NCBI RefSeq assembly: GCF_006345805.1
Contig: NC_042998.1
Span: forward strand, 109,678,001-109,742,000
Direction of reading: 5' to 3'
DNA: 64,000 nt
Origin: Octopus sinensis
Taxonomy: Eukaryota
This document shows, in pieces, positions 1 to 14,940 of the stretch. Both the position numbers and the translations under genes were made by a program. The first letter of the stretch is position 1, and the number at the start of each line of letters is the position of its first letter. The notes beneath the pieces were generated by a model, which saw only the letters and a program-made list of their open reading frames with translations, ran no database searches and was not told the origin of the DNA.

Positions 1-2915
1 ATGCCATACGGTTTCACCGTTTTGTCCACAGATTATGCACTTATCACTTTCTGCTGTGTTGTCTATTCTGTATTTTATGTAGTGTGTTCTTAGTGCTTAC
101 TCTTGGGTAGCACAGATTAGAGCCTCCGTTTCCCGTTTTAAATCACTTTTAGTCATCCACAGCCATCTTTTTCCTCTGTCTGTCTTATCTTCAACATCTC
201 AATGAAATTGACCATGCATTCTTTTCTTTACCCACCTATTTTCAGTTTCAGTCATTTTCAAATTCTTGTATAGTGCTTTATCTTTGCAATCTTTTATCCT
301 ACACAAGCCTGACCTTCTTATTTCTAATAATAGCGGTTCTGTGGTATTTTTTACATACTCTGCTCTGTTGTTTTCTTCTACTCTAAGGCTGTGTTCGCAT
401 CCAATAAGTCCTCCCCCCTCTTTTTCTTGGTACATACAGTCTGTCTGTGTCACTTTTTGGGTGGGGTGACCCAAATCTAGTTATCAACTTCCTTGTCTTT
501 CTGTCTAAGCTGTTTAGTTCGTCTATTGTCCATGCTATGACCCCTGCTCCATATCTAAGAAGTGAAACCGCCCAGGTGTTGATAGCTTCGATCTTATTCC
601 GTCCGTTTAATTTCGACTTAAGGATCAGTCTCAGTCTGCGCAAGTATTCCACCTTAAATTTTTCTGTCATTCCTTTCTCCATCAATTTATCCATTTCCAA
701 AATCCCCAAGTACTTATAGTCCGTCTCTTATATCTGCTTCATAACCTCCCCGGATGGTATCGATAGCCCGTCCATACATTTGATTTTGCATCTCTTCAAG
801 ACTAACACACCACACTTTCTCAGTCCGAACTCCATACTGATATCAGCACTGAAAGTATTCACCGTATTAACGAGGGAACTGATTTGGGCTTCATCTTTAC
901 CATACAGCTTGAGGTCATCCATGAATAACAAATGGTGGACTTTTTGTTGGCGGCTTTTAAATACACACCCAGCTTTTGCTTTCCTCAGAATCAATGTCAC
1001 TGGTATCAAGCACAGAACAAAGATCAGTGAGGACATGCAGTTCCCTTGGAAGATGCCCCTCCTGATATCTACTATCCCTAAACTTCTTCCGTATGCTGTC
1101 AGGTCCGTCCTCCAATTCGCCATACTTTTTCCAAGCAATCGCTAAACATTCGATACAGTACCAAATAGGTTCATATACGCCATAATCCAAGAATGTGGGA
1201 TCATATCGTACGCCTTACGATAGTCGATCCATAAAATGGCTAAGTTACTTTTCCTCCCCTTGCAGTCGCTGAGTACATTTTTGTCTATCAGGAGTTGATC
1301 CTTGGTACCTCTGCACTTACGCTTGCAACCCTTCTGTTCATATGGCGGGACTCCATTTTGTTCCAGATGTCTGTTTATTGATTCTGCGAGTATTCCAGTG
1401 AATAACTTCCACATAAGTGGCAAACAGGATATCGGCCTGTAATTGTCTACTGTTTTGCCTTTTTCGATATTCTTCAAGAACAGCACTGTCCTACCTACTG
1501 TAAACCACTCTGGTGTTATTTGGTCGGCATTTATCAATGTGTTGAGTTGAACATCTATTCGTGCATGACATTCATCAAATCATTTGATCCAGTAGTCTTG
1601 AACTCCATCTAGTCCCGGGGGCCTTCCAGTTGCTCATTTTTTTTGCTGATTTTCTTCACTTCCCTAACATAAATGATTGGTTCTGTCTGTTTTGGGTTGA
1701 CTACTTGCAACCATTCAGCATCCTACTTGTGCTCCTTGTCTTTGCTTCAGATGTCACTCCAAAACCTTTGACTTTCAATGTTATCGGTACACTCTCCATT
1801 TATTTCTTTATAGAATCTTTTCTGATCTACTCTGAATAACCTATTCAGGTGGTAAACCTTCATTCTTTGGTCGTATCTTACCATCTTTGCTTTCTTTGCA
1901 ACGAGACACTGTTTCAGTTCCTCCACTACTACTTTCAGGTCCTTTCCTTCAATATTATACTTCCTTTTCAGCGCCCTGTATTTTTATTCGCTTTTAAGCT
2001 CCCCCTTTTCTTTTCGGCCTAACACAGAGATTTTCTTCGAGAGCATGTCTAACCCTGCCTGGATTCTTCTTTCCCACCATGGATATTTTCTTTTGTCACT
2101 ACCATTATGTTTCTTTTTCTTGACATCAACACCCACATTTTCTGCTACAAAAATACTTGATCAAATTATTTGTTTATATGATATTATGTGTTCTGATGTG
2201 TTTCAGAATTTCATTGACATTTTTCGTTTCTTGGTTCAATTTCCATCGATCAACGTTTTTAAGGTTGCAAATAATGTCGCTATCGTTCTCCTGTGGTCTT
2301 ACCTTTATTCTGGCGTAGATTGCCTTTTGTTCATTTATCATGTCGCCATTAGTTTTATTGTCTTCTTTTAGATCATCTATATGTCTCTCATCAAGTAAAC
2401 TACCACTGCCCTTTCCTGTGCTATGGGATTACTCTTATTAGTAAGAACTGTATTTTCATTGTTTTCTCTGCTGCAATTTCCATGACCCGTCTTTTGATAG
2501 CTTCGAGCTCTAATTCTGTGAACCAACAATATTTTTCTTATTGCTCTAGCTTGATCACAGTCTCTGTTCCGTGAGTTGAAAAATCCCTTTTCTCTCCAAT
2601 GATCATACATACGTTGTCGGTAACCCCCTAATTTGAGCACCATTTTCATCTACCGGGATGCTCAGAAATACTCCATGACCACAGCATTAATTTGATTGCT
2701 CCATCTACGCCGTGTGTGGTGGTCACTTTCTGGATATCGACAGGCTGGAGCCGGACCAGAATCTCTGAGCTCACCGGGTTTAACACTCTCACCATCATTG
2801 GCTTCAGTTTCATTACCACTGTTTTTCACAATATTTTGTTTTTTCATTGTCACCCATATGAGGTAGCGATTATCAGGTTGCGCAATTACCAATGATTTTA
2901 TTGTGACACCATCAC
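1..2915 (-). mobile_element. Degenerate R4/Dong-clade (restriction-like endonuclease) non-LTR retrotransposon; 3' part runs off the window start
   Basis: Collinear minus-strand ORF fragments broken by stops and frameshifts: 2662-2892 (RRRWSNQINAVVMEYF), 1142-1537 ([51 protein letters not shown]), 728-1138 (RRGIFQGNCMSSLIF, HLLFMDDLKLY), 383-709 (LNGRNKIEAINTWAVS...HPKSDTDRLYVPRK). These motifs are typical of R4-clade RT. Confidence 0.85.
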
Positions 2916-2920
2916 TAGAT

Positions 2921-4000
2921 GTTAGTTAGTTAGTTAGTTAATTTGGCTCAAAAGCAAATAGCAAGGCCATGTAGGGGGACATGGAGTTAAGTACAGGGTG
3001 GTGTTCATGTAAAGAGTTCAGGCCACTTGAGGTCCAGGGAGGCTTTGAACAAAGCGGTCGTCGGCATCTTCACCATCTCGTCTGGCAGCTTGTTCCACGG
3101 ATCCGCAACCCGGACGGAGAAAGCTCCTCTCCTTCGATTGAGATGAAATCGTCGCAGGTAGAGCTTTTCGGAATGACCCCGCAGCCGACGCTCTGGAGCA
3201 GGAGTGAAGAACAGCTCTTTCGAGAGGTTACACTTTCCGCTTATGATGTTGTGGGCGAGAATGAGATCACCACGGTGGCGGCGTTTTTCAAGAGAATAAA
3301 GGTCGAGCGTCCTCAGCCTTTCTTCGTAGGACAAATTTTTGAGACCATGAACCATGCGGGTAGCCAGCTTCTGGACTCTTTCGAGATGCTGTATGTCTTT
3401 GAGGAGATAAGGAGAAGAGGCTTGAATCCCATACTCCAATATGGGTCTCACCAGCGTGACATAGAGTGGTAGGAATATGGCTGCTGTGAGCATTCCGAAT
3501 GACCGTCGAATCAAGAACAGAATTCCGCGTGCTTTGTTGGCAGCATGGACGCACTGGGCCGAAGGCGAAAAGGAGGAATCCACTAAGATACCCAGGTCCT
3601 TTACCTGATCGGTCCTCTCCAGCAGCAGACGACCCGGCTCGAAATCAAGTTGAGCTGCAGGAGTAGAGCCGACAGGCAGATGACAGCACTTTGACACGTT
3701 CAGACACAGGTCCCAATCGTTAGACCACTTCCAAATTTGGTGGAGGCATCGACGAAGATCCTCTATATTACCGCGAGGAGCGACCAGTTTGATATCGTTG
3801 GCAAATAGAAGGGTGTGTTGCGTGAGGTCGTCGGGCAAGTCATTTATGAAGACTAAGAACAACAAGGGCCCAAGCACTGAACCTTGAGGCACGCCACTGC
3901 TCGCACTGGAGACGTCGAACCGCGAACCATTAACTTGGTCTTGGAAGGAGCGATCTGAGAGGAAGGCACCAACCCATCGTACAATATCCGGATGTATCAT
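2921..4000 (-). mobile_element. 5'-truncated CR1-clade LINE with (TAAC)n 3' tail, inserted at the 5' end of the R4/Dong element
   Basis: Uninterrupted 331-codon ORF 3005-4000, short 3' UTR, then the gttagttagttagttagtta tail at 2921-2940. Visibly more GC-rich than the flanks. Confidence 0.9.
3005..4000 (-). pseudogene. C-terminal reverse transcriptase portion of CR1 ORF2 (no endonuclease; catalytic motif reads FAND)
   Basis: SGVPQGSVLGPLLFLVFINDLP, LLFANDIKL, KDLGILVD, LYVTLVRPILEY, LERVQKLATRMV, RRHRGDLI, LRGHSEKL, FSVRVADPWNKLP are standard CR1 ORF2 motifs. The ATG at 4000 is probably the truncation junction rather than a real start. Confidence 0.85.
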
Positions 4001-4037
4001 TAATCAGCCGATAAGGAGGCTCCATCCGTTTCCTTTC

Positions 4038-4595
<558 letters not shown>

Positions 4596-5004
4596 ATCGG
4601 TACCAATAAATGTAACTTATAACAAAGAAATTCAAAGGATGACGCAAAATATGGAACCCAGTACTAAATATTTTATTGGAAAAAAAAAGAATGAAAAGAG
4701 CATACATAAACCATATAATATTCCGAAGTCTGATGCTACATCATTCATTTAGGTAAAGAGAGGTTTGTATGGTGGCGTTCATGCGTGACGATTGAGAGTC
4801 ACACACTCACATGCAGTCACACATAGACATACATACACTCAGTCATACACCATTTCAAAGACTCCCTTGCTAAATGTTATTATTGCCATGTGTATCGTCT
4901 TTTTAAGTCTTTCTTTTTTTTTTATATTTCGAATCAATAATAGTAATAAAAATAATTATAATAACAACATTAATGATAATGGTAATAATCATATAATAAT
5001 AATT

Positions 5005-5166
5005 ATTTCAAATTTTTGGCAGATGGCCATTAATTTTTAAGGGAGGGGCAAGTACTTTATTTTATCGACCCCAAAAGGATAAAAGGCAAAGTTGATCTCG
5101 GCGGTATTTGAATTCAGAACACAAAGAGCCGTCCGACGCTCTAACATTTCTGCCAGCTCGCCGCCC

Positions 5167-5167
<1 letters not shown>
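5005..5167 (-). mobile_element. tRNA-derived SINE family A, internally deleted copy
   Basis: Contains tttatcgaccccaaaaggataaaaggcaaagttgatctcggcggtatttgaattcagaac...ctgccagctcgccgcc, the reverse complement of the family A copy at 10940. Confidence 0.8.
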
Positions 5168-5230
<63 letters not shown>

Positions 5231-5292
5231 TAAATAATAATAATGTTATAATAATAATAATAATAAATAATAATGATAATAATATTATCTAC

Positions 5293-5363
<71 letters not shown>

Positions 5364-5392
5364 CGATGAGGATGAGGATGATGATGGCTGCG

Positions 5393-5606
5393 GTGGTTTC
5401 AAATTTTGGCACAAAGCCAGCAATTTCGGTGAGGGGTTAAGTCAATTACATCGACGCAGGTGCTCAACTGGTACTTAATTTATCGACCCCGAAATGATGA
5501 AAGGCAAAGTCTGCCCTGGTGGAATGTAAACTTAGAACGTAAAAACAGAAGAAATGCGGCTAAGCATTTAGTGTGACGCGCTAAGACTCTGCCAGTACAT
5601 TGCCTT
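5393..5606 (-). mobile_element. tRNA-derived SINE family A
   Basis: Same core (ggtacttaatttatcgaccccgaaatgatgaaaggcaaagtc) and head; embedded in (GAT)n/(AAT)n. Confidence 0.85.
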
Positions 5607-5655
5607 AATGATGATGACGATCATGATGATGATGATGATGACGATGATGATAATG

Positions 5656-5719
<64 letters not shown>

Positions 5720-6179
5720 TGATGATAGCATATGTCTGAAATCTTCTTTTAGGTCCTGTTCAGCGCTGCCAATCCATTTAAAAACAAAACTACTGTATAT
5801 TTTTTATTGGTTTTGTTTTGAGAAAGAGGTAATGCTCATAGCCTTCTCAGGCCTTCTGAGACCGAAGAGAGTGAGAGGAGGGTAAGGTGGGCCCCATGAC
5901 TTTGAAAGTCGAGCTCATGTCCTAAACACTGGTTTTGCTATTGCGTTTTGTCAAGAAAGATGTTTATATGAAGATTAAAAAAGGTTAAAGAAGGCACAAG
6001 CTGGAAACTGTAACATACTCATGAATAAATTAATTTTATATACACACATATTTCAACATCCATTCGCACGGACTTACATATGTACATATGCATATGAATA
6101 CATACTGATACACGTATGTACATACGTTTACCCAACCATTCATAATTAAATATATTTCAAAATAAACATACATATCTGT

Positions 6180-7370
<1,191 letters not shown>

Positions 7371-7741
7371 TGTCTGCATATGGAGGAAATTGTCGCGTGC
7401 TCACGTCCATGAAACTTTAAGCAACATGAGAATCTAAGTCAACCTGTTTCTCTCTTTCTCACTCTCTTATATCTATATTTATATATATACATATATTTGT
7501 ATACGCACACATTTTAAATGTCTCGCATTATTCACGAACACATACAGTGTATTTGTATGCGTGTGTGTATATGTATACATATGTATAGACGCATATATTT
7601 CATAAAGGAAAATGTTAACAGTCACAGCGAAGCTTCGAAGTCACTGTCTATATTCCTGTTGTAAAATATATATATTTTATACTCATTTCGAAAATATTGA
7701 GTGCTCCTTCAGTTACTATGACCGTCCATAAAATATTACAC

Positions 7742-7805
<64 letters not shown>

Positions 7806-7808
<3 letters not shown>

Positions 7809-8009
7809 ATAATATGTTACATTACTCGATAGTCATGATAAAACTCTGAGTTTCAGATGCCGAAGTGGAAATCCACAACCCATCTCTTCGGTTATCTGGC
7901 TATTGGATTGTCCGGAAAGTTCGTGTCGAGATGGTGTTGTGGATTTCCACTTCGGCATCTGAAACTCAGAGTTTTATCTTGACTATCGAGTAATGTAACA
8001 TATTATTGT
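7806..8009. repeat. Near-perfect inverted repeat (about 80-bp arms, 41-nt loop) in an insert flanked by (TA)n tracts
   Basis: Arm 7806-7886 acaataatatgttacattactcgatagtc...ccacaacccatctc is the reverse complement of 7928-8009, with about 2 differences. Confidence 0.9.
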
Positions 8010-8085
8010 ATAGATAAATTTCCTCTATTTACATAATATTGAGGTCTCTTTCTTTCTTTTGTTATCTTACCGTTTTACCAATATA

Positions 8086-8149
<64 letters not shown>

Positions 8150-8352
8150 ATAATAACAAACCTGTCAAAATTACAACGGAAATAATAGTAACACCAAAAT
8201 CCCTAGTAATTTATAAGAAGGACCTGTTTGAGGTGGAATGTGAAGTCAGTTCAGTCGACAATACTGGACTGGTATTTTATTGACATCAGAATGGGATGTA
8301 ATATATAGTTCATTTCAACAGTGACTTTACTTGTTCAATCGTCATCCTTAAT

Positions 8353-8568
8353 GCTGATTTCAAATTTTGGCAGAAGGGCAGCGAGATCGAGGGAGAAGGT
8401 GAATCGATTACATTGATCGTTGTGCTCAACTCGTAATTATTTTATCGACCCGAAGAGATGAGAGGCAAAGTCGACCTCTGTGGAATTTGAATTCAGAACG
8501 TAAAGACAGACGAAATGCTGCTTAGCATTTTGCACGGCGTGCTAGCGATTCTGCCAGCTCGCCGCCTT
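8353..8568 (-). mobile_element. tRNA-derived SINE family A with probable TSD
   Basis: Family A core and head; flanks catccttaat (8343-8352) and cttccttaat (8572-8581). Confidence 0.85.
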
Positions 8569-9545
8569 CATCTTCCTTAATATCAATAATTGCCGTTGCT
8601 GTTGTCGAGTTATTGCTGTCGCTTAGCCACAAATCAATGATGATTAAGGTAAGATATCACTGATCAAAATCGTTTCAGCCGTGACCATTCTTTCTTTTTG
8701 TATAACCTATTGTCCAACGTATCCTTTATTTGAGACTACATCATGTGAGTTGAAGGTGATTTTGCTTCTATTCTTTGAAGTTCGAGTTGATGTATCCCTG
8801 TTGCTTTAGTTCTTTTTATCGACTCTGATTCAACGGACCTATGGCCAAAGATAAAGCAAGTCATACTTCAATATTCAACCTGTTCTTTGATGTGATTTTA
8901 AAGACAGTAGAGTGTAAGTTAAGAGATTTGGCTGTTGTTTCTTGTAGACTGAGCGACAAGGTATTCCCTTGTTGGCCCGTTAACACCAGGTAAAATTGAA
9001 AACATAAGGATAACTTAAACAATAAAGTAAAGATAAAAAAAAAGAAAGATTAGCTACCAAAAACAGCAGCAATAGATGTTATCTTGCTCTACGTTATAAT
9101 AAAATTGGTGATAACATTAGTTTTAAAAAAGTTTCTCTCACACAGATATAATAGGAGTGAATCACAGAATAGAATGTTTCACATATAGCAGAATGTGCGA
9201 CAGATAAATTGCATACGTATGAATTGTAATCATATTAATATGTATTTAAGTTTATATAAAAATACATCAAATTTAGGAAATAATCCTTCTTGCTAATTTT
9301 ACCATTCTTTCTCACTCTACATTCACACTGGCACACATACACATACAAACAACAATCCAGAAGTCTTTACCATCCATTCGAATATATATATATATATCAC
9401 ATACACAAACATGTATATCTACACACACATACACACACCACACACACACACACACACATATGCATGTATGTAAATATATGTGTAGATATGTACGTATATA
9501 TGTATATATATACCTTTTGCAACATTTATATGTGTATACATGTAT

Positions 9546-9604
<59 letters not shown>

Positions 9605-9605
<1 letters not shown>

Positions 9606-10145
9606 TGGATTGTCCGGAAAGTTCGTGTCGATTTATAGTAGCTTGCCTTTCGACTTATTTTAGAACATGGTTAAGTCCATAAAATAGGATTTGACTACAC
9701 CTCCATTTAGAGCACAGTTTAAGCTATGTTTTCGTGGAAGAAGGCTTATACTCCTATGACCTGTGTTAATTCTGTAACCCTTTAAAATGGAAGATAAGAA
9801 AGTTCATTTTTGGCACTTGATGCTTTGGGAACCAGACAAAAATTGCTGCAGTTCGACTGGGATGTGTTACCCCACCCTCCATATTCATCAGATATTGCTC
9901 CTTTGGATTTCCACTTATTCATATCTCTGCAGAATAGTCTTAATGGTAAAAATTTCAATTCCTTGAAGAAATCTTTGCCATGAAACCACCTCAGTTCTGG
10001 GAAGAGAATATTTTCAAGTTAAAGGGAAGATGGAGACGCATTGTGCAACAAAATGGTTCATATGTTGCTTAAAAATGTACTGGTAAGTATTTATTGACTT
10101 TTTTCTTACCTTTAAAAATCGGCACGGACTTTTCGGACAACCCAA
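9605..10145 (+). mobile_element. Internally deleted mariner element (MITE-like derivative)
   Basis: TIRs ttggattgtccggaaagttcgtgtcgattt and aaatcggcacggacttttcggacaacccaa, with TA on both sides. The transposase start (MEDKKVHFWHLMLW, about 9788) is joined directly to the C-terminal WDVLPHPPYSSDIAPLDFHLF. Confidence 0.9.
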
Positions 10146-10939
10146 TATATATATATATATACATACACACACACACACACAAAAGCGTACAGTAAGTTTG
10201 GGTGGTCTTATTTTTCTATATATTCGGAGATATACATGCATACACACACGCGCTCGCGCGCACACACACGCGCTCGCGCGCACACACACGCACACACAAA
10301 CATACACATACACACACACACACGCACATTCAGTTATGCATATTAACCATAAAATATTAACTGACAAAAAACTCAATATATGTTGAAAGGTGTCACAAGA
10401 AGAAGACAGGAAAACTTTCATATCTTTGTCAAAGAAAGGGCTGTTAAATCTCTGATAAAGGAGAAATTTAGTTGTTTGGTGTGACAGAAGGGATGAGGTG
10501 AGGTCTTGAGAAAGCGACCAAAAAATGAAATGTGATAGATGTCGAATGTGTACGTGTTCGTGGGTGTTATTATTTCCTACAAATTAATGATGCTCTTCGT
10601 AGAGTACATTATATTAACATTTAGAACTAGTAAATCTTATTAGAGATAAAATTTCTTCATGCTTAAGTATCTTATATGTATGTGTTCGTCTAGGCTGATT
10701 GTTTTTATTTGAATTTTTTTAGACAAGAAATTACGATTTTTGTACATTGATATATATTGGGGCTATATCCTAATTCTGCTTGTTATCGTCTCGATGTTTC
10801 AGTCGTTGTATTCTCAGGCTCTTTTTCTCGGTCCATGTATTCAGGAACGTTTTCAGAATTGCGAACACAAACCTATATTAATATAGATTATCTCATTATT
10901 TTGTTCATACCATTGGTATTCTATTATTCTCTTAAATAT

Positions 10940-11130
10940 GGCGGCGCGCTGGCAGAATCGTTAGCACGCCTGGGCGAATTACTTAGCGTTATTTCGTTTG
11001 CCGCTACGTTCTGAGTTCAAATTCTAACGAGATCGACTTTGCTTTTCATCCTTTTGGGGTCGATGAAATAAGTACCAGTTCCGCACTGGAGTTGATGTAA
11101 TCGACTATCCTCCTTGCCCCAAAATTTTCG
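10940..11130 (+). mobile_element. tRNA-derived SINE family A (reference copy)
   Basis: A-box-like gctggcagaatcgttag, B-box-like gagttcaaattc, then the central domain gactttgcttttcatccttttggggtcgatgaaataagtaccag. Confidence 0.9.
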
Positions 11131-11360
11131 AGGGATTGAATACACGTTTATTAGCTAAACTAGTTGACATAGCACTTAATATATAATCAACGTTTGTACT
11201 CACTGTAGTATTGTCTGTAGAAATATAGCAGCGCATAATTAATCTAAGATGACATTGATTTTCGTGATTATAAATTATTTTAGTGTCAAGGGAATAATCT
11301 CGCTCGCTTATTTTCTCACATATTTTCTCAGACATTGTCACTCATTATCATATGTATACT

Positions 11361-11423
<63 letters not shown>

Positions 11424-11475
11424 GTCTATCTGTCTGTCTGTATTCATTCACAGATACGTATATACATACATAACG

Positions 11476-11542
<67 letters not shown>

Positions 11543-11554
11543 TAACTGAAAGTA

Positions 11555-11690
11555 TTTTTTTCTTATCGACACAATAGAATGAAAGCAAGATGACCTCGTC
11601 GGGATTTGAACTCAGTTTATACATAGTTGGAATAAATAAAGCAAAGCATTTTCTCTGACGCTCTAACGCTTATGCCAATCCACCGCACAG
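11555..11690 (-). mobile_element. Diverged SINE family A fragment
   Basis: ttatcgacac...gaatgaaagcaagatgacctcgtcgggatttgaactcag...ctaacgcttatgccaatccaccgc. Confidence 0.65.
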
Positions 11691-12199
11691 AAGTTTTCAA
11701 AAATTTAGAAACTAATTCACATTTTCCTACGCTTTATTCATCGAATTCAATTTCTTTCTCTTTATTATAAAATATAGCAAAAACCCTTTCAATTAAGCTA
11801 TCAATAAAAAACCCCAAAACTAAATATTCATGAGAATCATTATTCACCCCAGATATATACACAAATATAGGGGTGTGTCGCAATCATGTAATTTAATGAG
11901 TTCTGAACTAGTAGTGAAAGGAATATTGGTTTATGAATTTTAACTTTAAAATAATCTGTATCATTAACAGCATTCTTAACCTAACAATGGCATATAACCC
12001 AGTCGTACACATTTTTGTTATTTTGTACTCATTCGCTTTAGCATTTCTGCCTCATTCATCACCTGTATCTACCCTACTATCACGCCAAAGAATATTTTCT
12101 CTATAGCTTTCACACCAGTTCTGTTACAGGCAAAGCTTTGAAGTCTTTGCGACATACATACATACATACATACATACATACATACAGAGAAAGATAGAT

Positions 12200-12251
<52 letters not shown>

Positions 12252-13030
12252 TTCCCTTAGGCATTGCGACGCTAATAACCTAGTGTTAGAACTCAGTGTA
12301 CATTTACTTCAGTACGAAGCGGTGGCCGAGTACAGAAGTGCAATAAAAGTGTAATAAGAAGTTAGGATGAAATTGCATTTTATGTTTGACGCTCTGCGAT
12401 GATACTCAAACACTCAATTATGAGTGCATTGCATGTTACAGCAGAAACAGGTGTAAGCTAATGAAGTTCATAACATACTTGTTTATTTCTTTGTCATCTC
12501 AATTTTCTCTCTCTCTCTCTCTCTCTCCACACACACACATATATATAGACACACACGTATGTATATATCTTTGTGCGTTTCTATGCCTACTCGTATTTCA
12601 TATACTATACTTTGATACTTTTAAATGTTTTCCTACAGAAACTCGTCATCGCTGAATTCTGTTTCATCATCAGTGCAAAAGTACAAATAAAACACTTTGG
12701 TCTTACAAACTTTTATCGATTTAGAAATGGATGGATGCAGAGATGCGAAAATGACAGCACAAAGGGCAATTTTACCTCCTCAAAGAACAGTTTTACTTCC
12801 TTGAACTTTAGGAAATGTTTTACAATTCTTCTGCATATTCGTCGTTTTTTGATGCAGTAGCTTACATACATACATACATACATACATAAATACATACATA
12901 CATACATACATACATACATACTTACATACATACATACACACACATACATACATATATACATATATACATACATATATGCATGCATGCATACATAATATAT
13001 GTATATATATATATAATATATATATATGTA

Positions 13031-13137
<107 letters not shown>

Positions 13138-14407
13138 GCATTTGCACAAGCATACGTGTGTATATGTATAAATACATGTATACGTATATAGATAAATGTG
13201 TACACACACATTGAATATGTGAAGCTATGCAAATTTTCCTTACAATCCCGCCAAATATTATGAAGAAAGGATGGTCTCCCTCGTAATAACTGCGATCGTA
13301 ATGAGAAAACAAGTGTTACCCCTCTCACACACACTCACGTGACAGAAATGAGGGTAAAAGTACACATTACACGTTCTAGAATATGGTTATAATTATTTGA
13401 GTGATATTTAAGTAACAGTGAAGTATTACGAATGCTTGATCAGCTTGGCAGCAATCTTTGTCTGTAATGGCAAACATACTCCTGTCTACGATGTCGTCAG
13501 AGCCTAACTTTTTTTTTACTGGTTTACACATAACACATGAATCGAATGTTACGGGCAACAATTTCTAACAAAAATATTTTTCTTCATGGTGTACAACTGC
13601 ACGTCATTAGATAAATAGGGTTTACTGATGACTCAGGTATTACTGTGCTCACAAAACACTTTTATAATGAGAAAGCGTTGTGTAGTCGACTTTTTATTAT
13701 AAGCAAACGTTTTGATTCAATTTTACTTCGATAATACGTGTCAAATTTCTTGTTAAGTCATGACTTGGGGCAGAAGTTGCAGTTTTCTTGCTGTTAAGGA
13801 TCTACTGATACAGCGGTATATCTGAAGATTTGAAGATTGTATTATTTTGTTTTTTTATGCAATCAGTGATAACCAATAAAACAGAGAGTTGAAAACGTTT
13901 ACTTGGACGAAAGCATATTTTTCATAACAAACCAACATGACAGCAGAGTTTAATATTTGTGATATTTGAAAAAACTGTATGCATAAATAGAAATATGGAT
14001 GTATTTATGTATGCATATATATATGCATGTATCTATTTGCATATCTAGTATTTAATATTAAAAGTAGGACTTTATTCGAAGATTGGACGATAAATTGGCT
14101 TCTCTAAACAGACCCGTGATGTCAGCTTGAAGGGCCAGTTTTCGAAGTAAACATACACTATCAATGTCAGACATTTTGATTCCGCGAATTGTAACTGAGC
14201 CCGTCATTTAACACATGCTGCTTAATGTATCGTGTATACAAACTTATTAAACATCCATATACATACATACCTACATACATAATACATACATACATACATA
14301 CATACATACATACACACATACATACATACATACATATATATATATATATACACACACACACATATATATATATGTATATACACACACCACATATGCTTAT
14401 ATGCATA

Positions 14408-14448
<41 letters not shown>

Positions 14449-14450
14449 AT

Positions 14451-14499
<49 letters not shown>

Positions 14500-14646
14500 A
14501 CGCACGCACACACACACACAAACACACACAGATACACAAATATCTGCAGTCCTATTTTTATTTTTATTCTTCGGTTTAACGAATTTGTTCTTCGATTTAA
14601 CGAAGTTGTAGAATTATTGTCTTACACACACACACACATACACACA

Positions 14647-14685
<39 letters not shown>

Positions 14686-14867
14686 CACACACACAATCAT
14701 ATATAAGTGCATATAGATATATAAGGATATAAGGACTGAATGTATGCTTACATATTTGTACATTAAGCAGCAAATATAAAGACATATATACAGAGACATA
14801 CATACATACATACATACATACATACATACATGCATATATATATATATATATATTATATAATATATAT

Positions 14868-14899
<32 letters not shown>

Positions 14900-14903
14900 A
14901 TAT

Positions 14904-14940
<37 letters not shown>

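Noticed and set aside
2921-2940. (TTAG)n as a telomere-like repeat
   Set aside because: It is not TTAGGG or TTAGG and sits exactly at the CR1 3' end, so it is the element's tail.
2981-3472. 163-aa plus-strand ORF
   Set aside because: Antisense shadow of the CR1 RT ORF; no recognisable motifs.
12573-12860. 95-aa ORF with an acceptor-like ttttcctacag
   Set aside because: No recognisable protein and no partner exon identified; a length like this can arise by chance.
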